NCBI RefSeq assembly: GCF_000315625.1
Contig: NW_005434598.1
Span: 84,832-148,831, forward strand
Source of the DNA: Guillardia theta CCMP2712
Taxonomy: Eukaryota > Protista > Cryptophyta
Direction: 5' to 3'
Length of the DNA: 64,000 nucleotides
Numbering within the stretch: position 1 is the first letter of the stretch; each line of letters begins with the position of its first letter. The translations under genes were made by a program, and so were the position numbers. Shown one piece after another: positions 12,830-25,036 of this stretch. The notes beneath the pieces are model-generated. The model was given only the letters and a program-made list of their open reading frames with translations, had not been told where the DNA came from and ran no database searches.

Positions 12830-15367
12830 TCATCCCATGCAATGCGCTCTCTCGCTGCCCGTGCTCTCGTCCGGTTTCTCTCCCCTCGCTGCCTCTCCCC
12901 TCCCTCCTGCACCTCCTTCTCCACCTCCCTCTCCTCCATCTGCACCAGCAGCATTCATCGAGTCCCCGTCGAGCATGTTCTCCCCGGGCAGTTTCCGGAT
13001 GTAGTTGTATACAGTGGTGTAGGCCAGCTTGACGTATTCATCCTTGCTCTTCTTCCACGCTTCTTTCCCGTAAATTTTCTCCATGAGCATCTCGAGCGCA
13101 CGGTCGAAGCATTTCTGGTAATTCTCATAAGTCACCTCCTCCCCTTCCTTCAACTCTCCTGACAGCCTCCCAAACTCTTCCAGCTTCTTCATCACTTTAC
13201 CCGCTTTCGACAGGAACGCTCTCATCTGTCTCGTCTGAAGATCTTCGAACTTCAAACGCTTCAAGGGGCCGATGCGCTTCAGCTTCCCTTCCTTGTCCGT
13301 CCAATGCTCGCCCGTATGCCATCGCTTCCAAAGATCCATGCACGGCACATTTTGTACAAAACAATAATCCTGGGGGACCATAGCGATTCTGCCGTTGTCC
13401 CATTGAAAAGCGTCTCCCACCAGGAAAGCATTTGAAGGCTCCATTCGTGCATTGACCTCGTCAGTTCGTGATTGCTGCTTCATGTGGACGACCTGTCTTC
13501 TTATGTCGTGACTCTCAAAAACCTTGGTGACGCTCTTTAAGATGTCATTCTTCAGATTGATCCTGAATCGACTCAAACACTCCACACCAACAAGCATCGC
13601 GCTATGCTTCTCAAAGCTCTGTTGCAATGCTGTATTAACCGCCTCGGGCATTTTCCTCATCGCGCTGTCTAGATTGCCTTGCAAACGTTCGATCTCTTCC
13701 CTGACCAACTTATTCTCTGCCATCGCGCGAGCATGCGGGGGAACGCCAGTAGGAGTCATCCCGCAGTCCTTGCACTGCCCGATGCCAGTTACCACGTGCT
13801 CTCGCAGAGATTTGAGGAAAGCAATAGTGTTGGTGCCTTGAAAACCAAACATTGGGGCTCCCCAGATAGGGCTGTCCCTGGGATACCATTGATGCAACAC
13901 ATCCAAGTGATATACCACGCTTGCGATGAAGTAAGGAATGCACCGTTTGAAGCAGCTCGGAAAGAAGTCGTAACCGTGAATAAACTTGTGCAGCCCAATC
14001 GCTCCTATCATATCTAAACCATTCTGGGTGAAGTGCGGTGGGAGGGATTCGAATAACTCCGAGGCCAAATCATTCCCAGCTAATATCCTTCCGCAGTAGT
14101 GGTCGTTTCCCCCTCCATCCAAGATGCACTGATCATGTGTAGTCTCAAGGGGCAAACATGCACGCAGGTACACGGATGGTGGACTTGGTCCACCTGGAAT
14201 AGACAGAAGATGAGTGACGCTTCCCTTCCTGAAGCTACTAGAACCAATGTCTTTCCATTCTGCACCAGCCTTATCAGCGATGATTCTCTGGAGCACGCTG
14301 TTGAACCTGTGCTTCTGCTCTTTCCCTGGGAAGAACTTTGACGTGAACGTGTTTCCGCGAGGGAGTGTAATGATGTACAGAGCCAGCGCTAAGATAGGGC
14401 ATGTCTGTGGTTGCGTAGGACAAGCAAACACATGCGTCGTTCGGATGGAATACAGATCTGGATCCGCCGCTTTGCGATCTTTCTTGGTATTTAACATGGT
14501 AATTTTCAAACAATCGTTCTCCCAATCTAGATGTTCCAGGTACAGCAGATCCAAACTATCACTGAGACAGCAACAGTTCCACAAGATTGCTGCTGCTGCA
14601 TGCACGAAGAGACCAGTACCCCCTGGCTCCCTATTCTTCCTCTTTGCCTTCCATTCAATAAAGGTCCTGCAGATCTCCGTGTAACTCTGCACTGGCAGAT
14701 GAAGTTTCCCCTCTGCCGCACGCATGTCTGCCTTTGATATTCTACCAGTGGTAGATTCTGCATACACTTCGATCATCTTGTCCAAGTTCTTCTCTAGAGA
14801 CATGCCCGTCGCTGCTTCAACGCCGTTTGCCGTGAATTCCACATTGCGCTCGAGGTACAGGTCCTTCAATGCACTCCTGTATGCTTGTAATGTTGCAACC
14901 GACATGTCAGGCCCTTGAGCATGAGACGACTGAGACGCTCCTTCTGAAGTCTGGGCGTCTGCCTCGGAGTCACTGCCATCGCTACCGCCATCCTCCACTT
15001 CGCCTTGAGGGCCAATCTTTCGTTTCTTGCTCCTCTCGGTGAAAGCCTTGTTTCTTGTCAGATGTCTGAACACTTCTCTCACACACGCCCACGAAAGTGG
15101 CAGCTTCAACTGTCCAGAGTCATCCAGCGCATCCACAAAAATCGTATTCCCTCCTTCCCTGGCTTTCTTAATGATATCCACCATTTTTTGAATCTTGTTC
15201 TTGTATATCTTCTGAGTGCTCTCTGCCAATCTTCTTCTCATTTTGTCATTCTCCTGAGCTTTTTTCTCTGCTGATAATCTTTGAGCATCTTTCTCCATCT
15301 CTGGTGTAGTTTGTTGTTCGTCGCCTCCCATCAACTCCTGATCTCCCCTGCGCGGTATTTCATCCAT
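12830..15367 (-). CDS. Crypton (CryptonS-like) tyrosine-recombinase-derived protein with a C-terminal GCR1_C-like domain; intronless, predicted catalytically dead
   Basis: Motifs: 'SVATLQAYRSALKDLY', 'EGKLHLP..SY', 'LWNCCCLS..EHLDWENDCL..TKKD', 'HVFACP..P..CPILALALY', 'IGSSSFRKG', 'PS..SVYLRACL...DQCI..GGNDHYCGRILAG', 'LPPHF' and 'VP.DY....LWKRWHTG....IGPLKRL'. Confidence 0.85.
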   Translation of the reverse strand: MDEIPRRGDQELMGGDEQQTTPEMEKDAQRLSAEKKAQENDKMRRRLAESTQKIYKNKIQKMVDIIKKAREGGNTIFVDALDDSGQLKLPLSWACVREVFRHLTRNKAFTERSKKRKIGPQGEVEDGGSDGSDSEADAQTSEGASQSSHAQGPDMSVATLQAYRSALKDLYLERNVEFTANGVEAATGMSLEKNLDKMIEVYAESTTGRISKADMRAAEGKLHLPVQSYTEICRTFIEWKAKRKNREPGGTGLFVHAAAAILWNCCCLSDSLDLLYLEHLDWENDCLKITMLNTKKDRKAADPDLYSIRTTHVFACPTQPQTCPILALALYIITLPRGNTFTSKFFPGKEQKHRFNSVLQRIIADKAGAEWKDIGSSSFRKGSVTHLLSIPGGPSPPSVYLRACLPLETTHDQCILDGGGNDHYCGRILAGNDLASELFESLPPHFTQNGLDMIGAIGLHKFIHGYDFFPSCFKRCIPYFIASVVYHLDVLHQWYPRDSPIWGAPMFGFQGTNTIAFLKSLREHVVTGIGQCKDCGMTPTGVPPHARAMAENKLVREEIERLQGNLDSAMRKMPEAVNTALQQSFEKHSAMLVGVECLSRFRINLKNDILKSVTKVFESHDIRRQVVHMKQQSRTDEVNARMEPSNAFLVGDAFQWDNGRIAMVPQDYCFVQNVPCMDLWKRWHTGEHWTDKEGKLKRIGPLKRLKFEDLQTRQMRAFLSKAGKVMKKLEEFGRLSGELKEGEEVTYENYQKCFDRALEMLMEKIYGKEAWKKSKDEYVKLAYTTVYNYIRKLPGENMLDGDSMNAAGADGGEGGGEGGAGGRGEAARGEKPDESTGSERAHCMG

Positions 15368-16543
15368 GGTTAGCGCCTTCTGGGGTCAGCTGTTGACTGA
15401 TATAGATTACAGAATTATTTTCAGTTATTTTAGAGCAGTACTAAGACATGGGGTGAGGGGTACAACCGACAGACCATAGGAAGAAAAGAATCCGCCTCAG
15501 CTAAAAGAAATAAGGTTTTCACATTATCAAAAACATCCTTAAATTGTTGCTATGTCAGGTTGAAAGTTACTCGGGTCATTTCAAAAATAAGGTTTGAAAC
15601 ATTTGAAATATCCATTCTCAACAAAGGCAACATGCTCCCTTCCCCAACAAGGGGAATGAGCCTCCCCCTGCCTCCCTCCCCTCCCCCCTCCCCTCCTCTC
15701 TCTCCCCTCCCCTCCCCCCTNNNNNNNNNNNNNNNNNNNNNNNNNNNNNNNNNNNNNNNNNNNNNNNNNNNNNNNNNNNNNNNNNNNNNNNNNNNNNNNN
15801 NNNNNNNNNNNNNNNNNNNNNNNNNNNNNNNNNNNNNNNNNNNNNNNNNNNNNNNNNNNNNNNNNNNNNNNNNNNNNNNNNNNNNNNNNNNNNNNNNNNN
15901 NNNNNNNNNNNNNNNNNNNNNNNNNNNNNNNNNNNNNNNNNNNNNNNNNNNNNNNNNNNNNNNNNNNNNNNNNNNNNNNNNNNNNNNNNNNNNNNNNNNN
16001 NNNNNNNNNNNNNNNNNNNNNNNNNNNNNNNNNNNNNNNNNNNNNNNNNNNNNNNNNNNNNNNNNNNNNNNNNNNNNNNNNNNNNNNNNNNNNNNNNNNN
16101 NNNNNNNNNNNNNNNNNNNNNNNNNNNNNNNNNNNNNNNNNNNNNNNNNNNNNNNNNNNNNNNNNNNNNNNNNNNNNNNNNNNNNNNNNNNNNNNNNNNN
16201 NNNNNNNNNNNNNNNNNNNNNNNNNNNNNNNNNNNNNNNNNNNNNNNNNNNNNNNNNNNNNNNNNNNNNNNNNNNNNNNNNNNNNNNNNNNNNNNNNNNN
16301 NNNNNNNNNNNNNNNNNNNNNNNNNNNNNNNNNNNNNNNNNNNNNNNNNNNNNNNNNNNNNNNNNNNNNNNNNNNNNNNNNNNNNNNNNNNNNNNNNNNN
16401 NNNNNNNNNNNNNNNNNNNNNNNNNNNNNNNNNNNNNNNNNNNNNNNNNNNNNNNNNNNNNNNNNNNNNNNNNNNNNNNNNNNNNNNNNNNNNNNNNNNN
16501 NNNNNNNNNNNNNNNNNNNNNNNNNNNNNNNNNNNNNNNNNNN

Positions 16544-18216
16544 GCCAGACCTCTACGTGAACCAATGGCGGTACTTGAGCAAGACATGTTGGGGACCGGT
16601 GAGAGGAGAGAAGAGGAGAAAAGAGGAGAGGAGAGGAGAGGAGAGGAGAGGAGAGGAGAGGAGAGGAGAGGGGAGGGGAGGGGAGGGGAGAGGAGAGGAG
16701 AGGAGAGGAGAGGAGAGGAGAGGAGGAGGGAGAGGAGGAGAGTGGGACCGGGGATAGCCCCAAGAATCGTGTCAATGATACCGGCATCCTCAAGATATCT
16801 TGATTTCTACACCCTTATACTATCCGTGATCAAGAAGGTTAAAACTTTGCTTCTGCAGCAGATGACGGGAACGATTACGGTCGACATCAACTGGAAGAAT
16901 GTAATGTGTACGAATCTGAGCGGAACTTGCTCTACCCTCTCTTACCCCTCTGTTGGTGCCATTCCAAAGCCAAAGGTGATGTCAAACCAGGAATCTTGTA
17001 TTCTCCCTTCCTCCCTTCCTCTCCCTCTTCCTCTCTCCATCCCTGCCTCCTCTCTCTTCGCTCCTCCCCCTTCCCCACCCTCTCTCCCCCTCTCCCTCTC
17101 TCCCTCCCTCTCTTCCTGCTTCCCTATCTATCACCCTCCCTCGCTCTTTCCCTCTTCCTCGCTTCCCTTTCTTCCTTCCCTCCTGTGCTTAGCATAACAC
17201 AATTGTCTGCACTCACAGATTTTCTTCTACTCGAACTTCGACAACTCATTTGCCCGAGCTGTTCTCACATCCAACACAGCTTCAGTTTACGGTCCTCCTC
17301 CTCCTGCACCCTCCATCCCCCTCTATCCTGATCCAGCCCCCTGCCCCCTGCCCCTCGTTCCTCGTTCCTCCTCCCTCCCCCCCTCCTCCCCCCCTCCCTC
17401 CTCCTGTCTAACTGTGCTGTCCAGATTCAACAACACTACTCGATTCATCCACCGGCAATCCTCTATGCGAAGTGCGTCCTGCTGTAAACTCCCGTTCTCC
17501 TCAGCTTCCCTACAGGGCATCGGCTCAACTTCAAACACGCCTGCCTGCGACTCCAACTATGTCTCACCTTCCCTTAGTGGGTCCCACCGGGCCAGCAGCA
17601 GACGTCTAACGTCTGACTTGTAGAGTTCGAAACATGCAAGCTGAAGAAAACATACTTCTTGAGAAACTTGATTAACGAGGTAACTTGTTTCTTGCTCAGT
17701 CGACATGCGCTTCTGTTGTTTTGTAACTTGCTCCGCAGTCAATCCTTGTTTTCCTTGTCGTATCCAAGTGCAACTCTGTTGTGAGTTTTTGTTGCCTTTC
17801 TGTGTCTCCCTCTCTTCATCTTCTTCTCAGGGGACTGTCGATTGGACTGTTTCCGTAGCACCAACATGTGGGTGTCTTGATAGATATGATTCTCTCCTGC
17901 CTCCTCCCTCCTCCCTCCTCCCTCCTCCCTCCTCCCTCCTCCCTCCTGCCTCCTGCCTCCTGCCTCCTGCCTCCTCCCTCCTCCCTCCTCCCTCCTCCCT
18001 CCTGCCCTCCTCCCTCCTCCCTCCTCCAATCTTCCTTGTTCCTCTCTTCCTTTCAATCTATCCCCTCTGCCCACTTCCTCCCTTGGTCTTGTCCTGTCCT
18101 TCTCTTCTCCCTCCTCTCTGTCTCACCTTTTCCCTTGCAGCCTCACCTGGCGTCTGCTCTGTCTGTGGAGGCACCGAAGCTGCAAAGGGCCTCAGGTAGC
18201 CCGCCCCCCTCCTCCC

Positions 18217-18280
<64 letters not shown>

Positions 18281-19173
18281 TCCTCTTCCGCCTATGTAGC
18301 ATAACAAGCAGCGCAGATGCTTCTCTGATGCCGGTGGTAATTGCATGACACAATCGGCGAATCAGCCGGCAATGGTGAAGTTTCGATCCCCTTTGAGCAT
18401 CTTTGCAACACATTCCTCCTCTTCCCTCCTCTCTCCCTCTGCTCCTCCTACCTCCTCCTCCTTTCTCCTTCTTCCTTCCTCCTGCCTTCTTTCTCGTTCC
18501 TCGTTCCTCGTTCCTCGTTCCTCGTTCTCCTCCCTCCTCCTCCCTCCGCACTTTCCTGCTCCCCATCTCGTTTTATTTCTCTCTCTATCTTCATCACCCA
18601 GCTGCCGCTGACTTTCTTCGATCCTCCTCTACCTTCTGCTTGTTCCCTTCCCCTTCCCCTCTCTTGCTCCCCGTCCCCCTGCTCCCTCTCTCCTTCCTCC
18701 TTCCTTCCCCTCCTCCATGTTTATTACAGGTTTTCACTCCTCAAAAGAAGATCTCCAAGGCAGTAGTTGTGATCGCTGCTGGTGAAAGAATTATCTGCTC
18801 CCTCCCTGCTCCCTGCCCTCCTTCCTCTCCTCCGCTCTCCTCCTCTGCTCTTCTCCTTCCTCTCCTCCTCTCTCCCTCCTTCATCTCCTCTCTCCCTCCT
18901 TCCTCCGCTCTCCTCCTCCGCTCTTCTCCCTCCCCTCCTCTCTCCCTCCTTCATCTCCTCTCTCCCTCCTTCCTCCGCTCTCCTCCTCTCTTCTCCTTCC
19001 TCTGCTCTTCTCTTCTTCTGCTCCATTCTCCCTGACTCCTTCCCCCTCCTTGTCTCCTCTCTTCCTTGCTCTCCTTGCTTCCTCCCTCACCCACTGCTGT
19101 CTTCTTCTTATTGCCTGTTAGTGGTCTTTAGCGGCGCTATGCTCTTCGGCTTTCTGCTGCTCAAGTACTACCA
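16544..19173 (+). CDS. Hypothetical multi-exon, probable single-pass membrane protein (interrupted by gaps)
   Basis: Coding-like segments between pyrimidine-rich introns ('GTITVDINWKNVMCTNLSGTCSTLSYP', 'VFTPQKKISKAVVVIAAG', 'VVFSGAMLFGFLLLKYYQ|gtgag'). Confidence 0.4.
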
Positions 19174-20577
19174 GGTGAGAGCAGGGGAGGAAAGGAGAGG
19201 GGAAGGGAAGGGGAAGGGGGAGGGGGAGGGGGAAAGGGGTGGAGGGGAGGAGGGAGGGGCAGGGGGGATGGGGAANNNNNNNNNNNNNNNNNNNNNNNNN
19301 NNNNNNNNNNNNNNNNNNNNNNNNNNNNNNNNNNNNNNNNNNNNNNNNNNNNNNNNNNNNNNNNNNNNNNNNNNNNNNNNNNNNNNNNNNNNNNNNNNNN
19401 NNNNNNNNNNNNNNNNNNNNNNNNNNNNNNNNNNNNNNNNNNNNNNNNNNNNNNNNNNNNNNNNNNNNNNNNNNNNNNNNNNNNNNNNNNNNNNNNNNNN
19501 NNNNNNNNNNNNNNNNNNNNNNNNNNNNNNNNNNNNNNNNNNNNNNNNNNNNNNNNNNNNNNNNNNNNNNNNNNNNNNNNNNNNNNNNNNNNNNNNNNNN
19601 NNNNNNNNNNNNNNNNNNNNNNNNNNNNNNNNNNNNNNNNNNNNNNNNNNNNNNNNNNNNNNNNNNNNNNNNNNNNNNNNNNNNNNNNNNNNNNNNNNNN
19701 NNNNNNNNNNNNNNNNNNNNNNNNNNNNNNNNNNNNNNNNNNNNNNNNNNNNNNNNNNNNNNNNNNNNNNNNNNNNNNNNNNNNNNNNNNNNNNNNNNNN
19801 NNNNNNNNNNNNNNNNNNNNNNNNNNNNNNNNNNNNNNNNNNNNNNNNNNNNNNNNNNNNNNNNNNNNNNNNNNNNNNNNNNNNNNNNNNNNNNNNNNNN
19901 NNNNNNNNNNNNNGCAGGGAGCAGGGAGAGGTTTGGAGGGATGTGGAGAAGTGGATGGTATGAAGGAGGGACGAGGGTGAAAGTATGAACAGAAACATGT
20001 TGAAGGTGACCTTGAGGAGGAGGAGGAGGAGGAGGAAGGGGGAGGAGCAGGAGCAGGAGCAGGAGGGCTTGTGTAGCCATCGTCCCCACGGATTCTTGGT
20101 TGGGGTGACTATGACAGAGGGGTAGAAGAAGGGAATAGAAGGGTGGGGTGATCGATGCGGCCAATGAGGGGAGCAAGGATGACTAAGGAAGTCGATGGGG
20201 AGAGGAGAGGAGAGGAGAGGAGAGGAGAGGAGAGGAGAGGAGAGGAGAGGAGAGGAGAGGAGAGGGGAGGGGAGGGGAGGGGAGGCGAGGAGAGGAGGAG
20301 AGGAAGATGAGGGGAGGAGAAGGGAGCATGGAGGTAGAATGATGTGATGTATGGATGTATGGAACGCTCGCAAGAAGAACAAAGAAACAACCCGTTACTG
20401 TGAATGCTCAAGTCCTGTATTGTCATGTCAGAAGAGGTTGCATTGAGAAGACGTCATCTCTGCTACCTCGGTCGGCGATGACATATTCCTCTCTTCCTCC
20501 CATGTTGTTTGGCTTTGTCGTACTGTCCAAGGCGTCATCAAAGTTTATCATCTTGTACACGAAATAGGAGAATGTTC

Positions 20578-20594
20578 GTCATCATAATTATCAT

Positions 20595-20647
<53 letters not shown>

Positions 20648-20886
20648 CTATCACCATCACCATACTCATACTCATCATCATTACCATCATCATACTCATC
20701 ATCATCATCATCATCATCATAATCATCATCATAATCATCATCATCACTATCACCATACTCATACTCATACTCATCATCATTACCATCATCATACTCATCA
20801 TCATCATCATCATCATCTCCACCACCACCACCACCACCACCATCATCATCATCATTATCATCATCATCATCATCATCATCATCATC
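20578..20886 (+). repeat. Compound (ATC)n/(ACC)n microsatellite with an internal duplicated block
   Basis: catcat runs; the 'actcatactcatcatcattaccatcatcatactc' block appears twice. Confidence 0.9.
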
Positions 20887-21092
20887 GCCCAACGACAACA
20901 ACATCTCTCACCTTTCATCTTCAACCTCTCCAATTCTCCAATATCCTTCTCGTCGTAATAGTATTCCTCCGACGAATGTCGTCGGGTGGGCGATCGAGGT
21001 TTACCCTGCTCTCTCCCATCATTGTTGCTCAAGTTTTTCCCCTGCTGCTGCTCCTCCGGGGACCCTCCTTCTTGTCTTGTTCCTCCGCCTAT

Positions 21093-21159
<67 letters not shown>

Positions 21160-21204
21160 CTTCCATCCTCCTTGTCCTGTTCCTCCTTCTATTGCTCCTC
21201 CTAT

Positions 21205-21251
<47 letters not shown>

Positions 21252-22259
21252 CTTCTCCTGCTCCTCCTCACCTCGCGGTTTACGATGTTGGCGTAAAATC
21301 GCGACCCGCTGCACGTGCTACCCTGGGAGGATGTAAGAGGAGGACGGTGGGGGAAGGGGAATGTGAGCTGGGAGGGAAGGGCGAGGGAGGTAGAGGAAAA
21401 GAGGAAAAGGGAGGAGCAAGGAGGGGAGGGGAAGGAGGTATGTGGAGCACACAAGGGGGGGAAGGGAGAGATGGGAGAGGGACAAGGAGGAAGGAGACGA
21501 TTGAGGAGGGAAGGGGGGGGGAGTTAGAAAGGATGGGAGGGAGTACTTACTACTGCACTGGAGATTCTCCTTTCTGGTGATCGAGAATTTCTAAGGGAGC
21601 TGGAGAGTGATAGTCANNNNNNNNNNNNNNNNNNNNNNNNNNNNNNNNNNNNNNNNNNNNNNNNNNNNNNNNNNNNNNNNNNNNNNNNNNNNNNNNNNNN
21701 NNNNNNNNNNNNNNNNGGGGGTTCCCTTCCAGCTTCCCATGTGTTGACCATCTTACAAAAAGTGAGCAGGAAGTAGGAGGCAATGGAAGAAGATGATGAG
21801 GAGAGGAGGAGCGAAGAGGAGAGCCACGAGTTGGGAGGAGGAAGTACAAGGACGAAGAAGTCGAGGGGGAGGATGAAGTAGAAGGGGAGAAAGTAGAAGG
21901 GGAGGATGAAGCAAAGAAAAGGAGGAAAGGAGGCAGGTTCAGGTGGTGTGGGAGGAGGAAGATGAGCAGGGTAATTGCGTGCGAGTTGTGCCTACCAAGT
22001 TGCCTTGGGAGCGAAAGGCAGCAGATTCCAAGAAAGGTTTAGGGCGACTGACAAGGAGGATGAGGATGAGACAAGCAAGCAGAAGAGTAAGTCACGAAGG
22101 GAGAATGAGAGAAGGGAGGAAGCAGCAGGGTCGAGAAAGACGGAAGGGAGAGGAGGAGGGAGGGAGAGGCGAGAAAGGATACAGGTAAGAAGCTGGAGCG
22201 AGAAGGGGAGGAGGAAGGAGGGTGAGGGGATGGAAAGTTGAAGAAAACAGTGCAGGGCA

Positions 22260-23690
22260 TAGTATTAACGCTTCTTACTTGTTCTCGATGCGAGACAGTT
22301 TCAAGGGAGGAACAAAGGGACGAGCCGGGTTCGGAGGCTGTACAGAATCTGATGTGAAGTCGATTAAGAAGATTTAAGTCAAGGAAGCATCGAGATCATA
22401 GAATGAATGAAGATGAAGGCAAGAAAGAGGAGCATGCACAGGACAAGCTATAGAGTGTGCGATGATGAACTTCGACTGAATGTGATGCAATGAGATAAAT
22501 ATTGTTCACCTTCCAAATCTTGCCCCGTCGGCTGTGTAGGCATGATAGCACTTTCGTGTCGAGGAAGCCTTTGGGCATGTCATGATAACATGTCGCACAT
22601 TTACCGGTCACCATCATCACCTGGTGCCATTCGATGACGATGGTGAGATGTCGTTGGGAAGTTTTCGCTGCGTTTTCACCCATGTAAGCGCGAGGAGAAT
22701 AGCTATTAGCTGAACTTTACGTTGTTCGACATGTCAAAAGACCCCGTTCTTCTCCACACAAGAGAAGGATCAGCGTTGTTGGTCGGAGAATCAGATTCTT
22801 GATTGAACTGGTCATCAAATCTCGAAGCATCGTACATCATCTGCCAAGATCGCGATCAGCGACAGGCATAGCATAACAAGGCAAAAGAACCATCTCATCT
22901 CGAATCAGTTGCTTCAGATTTCGGAACTGTTGAAGGTTCTCATTGTTGGAAGGATCAATTTCTTCTTCGAGAGGTGTCTTCTCTGACGCTTTCTCCTGGT
23001 TCTGAGAGGAATGAATCACCTCCTGCTGTGCGGGAGGTCGAGACACATACCTGTGATCTTTTCTCTGCTGCTTGTCTCAGGAGCAGAAAGATGAGAACTA
23101 CGATGATCGAGATGAAGATCTGAGCAAACCACTTCACTGATATGACTTTGCCCAGAACGAGATGTTACCGAGCTGAACAGCATAAACTTTGCTTCCAGAG
23201 CGCTTGTTTCAGCAAGCACCCTCTCTCGTACCAACCTGATTATATTTCAACACATCTGTGAGCAGAGCGCATCCAACAAGAGCATCACCTCTCAATATCT
23301 ACATCCATCCTTGCTAGTTTGCTTTCTTGATTTAAACAGATATTCGTGTCGATGTTGATTTTGCTCGAAAGCAATGCTTGGTACGAAGCGTTCACCACAA
23401 CTGCATGTATGTAATCTCAAGTTTGATGCTTCACATATCCAGTAGAGTTCATGTCAGGAGATTTCATGTAGACTTCGCCATTGTTGATAGCCAGCCTGTC
23501 GCCATCTGCAACAAAGGATTGATCAACCACGTTGCACTGCCAGTAGTGTCCTAAAACACTGCGCACTAAACCCAATGCTGACACTCTGTCAACAGCCAAG
23601 CTACATCCATCTGTTCTATCCACACATTTCCTTGTGCTCTTCATTCATCTGGCATCTTGTCATCACTTGATACTCTAATTCTTCACCATG
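22260..23690 (-). CDS. Hypothetical spliced membrane protein
   Basis: Coding-like exons including the TM segment 'KWFAQIFISIIVVLIFLLLR', separated by short GT-AG introns. No family recognised; ends uncertain. Confidence 0.4.
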
Positions 23691-23749
23691 CCACAAGAAC
23701 CTTCGCTCGATCTCCCTGCATTCCCTTCTATTCCTCCCCGCACTCCATG

Positions 23750-24540
23750 GCTAACCTACCCCCACCCGGTATCCCGCCGGGAACAACAGTCGGTCCACCC
23801 CTTACAAAATATGTACCCCACCCTCTTTACCCAAGATTTATCTATCTCTTTGTACCCTGTGTCACATGCTTTCAACATACCCCACCCTTCATGACTACCC
23901 CACCCTATCTTTCTGACGACATGACATTTATAAATTGCGATTTATTATGATTCTTTAGGTCCCTACCACCCCTTTCCCTCAAAATTACTACCCCACCCCT
24001 ACTTCCCCATATGTTAAGGACTTTGCCCTGTAACCCTCTTTTTTCCTATCATACTGACCCGTCATTGAGAAATTTAAATATATTTTGAGGACCCTGACCC
24101 ATAGTCCATATACCCCCACCCTACCGCGTGAACAGAAAATAAACCCAACTTTCACCTTCGGCATTGTGAATCTTTTTGTACCACCCGACACCCACCCCCA
24201 AATTTGATATACCCCTAAATTATTCACCCCCACCCCCTATTTTACACGAAGTATCATAAGAGGACCCCCTTTTAAATAACCACAATTCTCTGGTACCCCT
24301 CCTTTGAATTCACCACCCTTCAGTACTCACCCCCACCTCGTTTCACGTATGGGATATCCTTTCTTTATCTCTGTGACATGGCTCTACCCCACATTAACCA
24401 GGAAATTAGGGGGTAGGGTGGTCTAAGACCGCGGGTCCCCGGAGTTCTGCCTAGGAGAAAGGGGTTGAAAGGAAGGCCAGTCTGAGATATGAAAAGTACC
24501 CCCACCCTAATTCTGCAAGTAGAAAGTACCCCCCCTTGAA
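23750..24540. promoter_or_regulatory. Long TACCC-rich tract between divergent genes
   Basis: Repeated taccc/gtaccc/caccc words in an AT-rich background. Confidence 0.5.
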
Positions 24541-24559
24541 CTGAAGAAGTCAATCCGAT

Positions 24560-24705
24560 GACAGGCAGGCCGCTGCGGCGCGGCCCGTACTGACCGTGAC
24601 CCGGGCCGGCGCGGCCCGGGCCGCCGCCGGTCCGGGCCGGTCCGGGCCACGGCCACTTGAACTGAGAGTGAAGATTTAGTTAAATCAGACTGCCCTGAGG
24701 CCGCA
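24560..24705. promoter_or_regulatory. GC-rich CCGG/GGCC island adjoining the TACCC tract
   Basis: 'ccgggccggcgcggcccgggccgccgccggtccgggccgg'; GGCCACTTGAACTGAG at 24651-24666 is shared with 44600-44615 (reverse complement). Confidence 0.5.
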
Positions 24706-25036
24706 GGACGTGTAGGAGATGTAGGGGAGGCAAGCAAGGGAGGTGGGTGCAGGAGAGGGAGGGGGCAGAGGGCGTTGGGAAGGAATGAGCAAGAGGAAGT
24801 GAACTCATGGATGTGAACAGATGAGGGCGAGGGGAGAGGAGGAGTGTTTGTGTGTGTGAGGGAGCGATTGGAGCAGATGACTGAACGATCTTGTGTGGTT
24901 ACTGTGCTGTTATGCTGACTTGCTGCATACTCTAGGTCCTTTCACTTGCACTTGTCATCGCAGGAACATAACAACAGATGGCATCTTTCCTCTGCATGAT
25001 TACTTGATGAGGTTGTGCAATAAGCAGCTTTCTTGA

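Noticed and set aside
12830-15367. Active autonomous Crypton or phage integrase
   Set aside because: The catalytic Arg, His, Trp and Tyr positions appear substituted, and no element boundaries or viral genes are nearby.
20509-21032. Poly-Ile/Met/Asp ORFs (also 30674-31280 and 35326-36022)
   Set aside because: Translations of (ATC/GAT)n microsatellites; the latter two lie within FANCL and kinase introns.
23750-24540. Interstitial telomeric repeat
   Set aside because: No tandem perfect TTAGGG/TTTAGGG units; the words are dispersed and degenerate.
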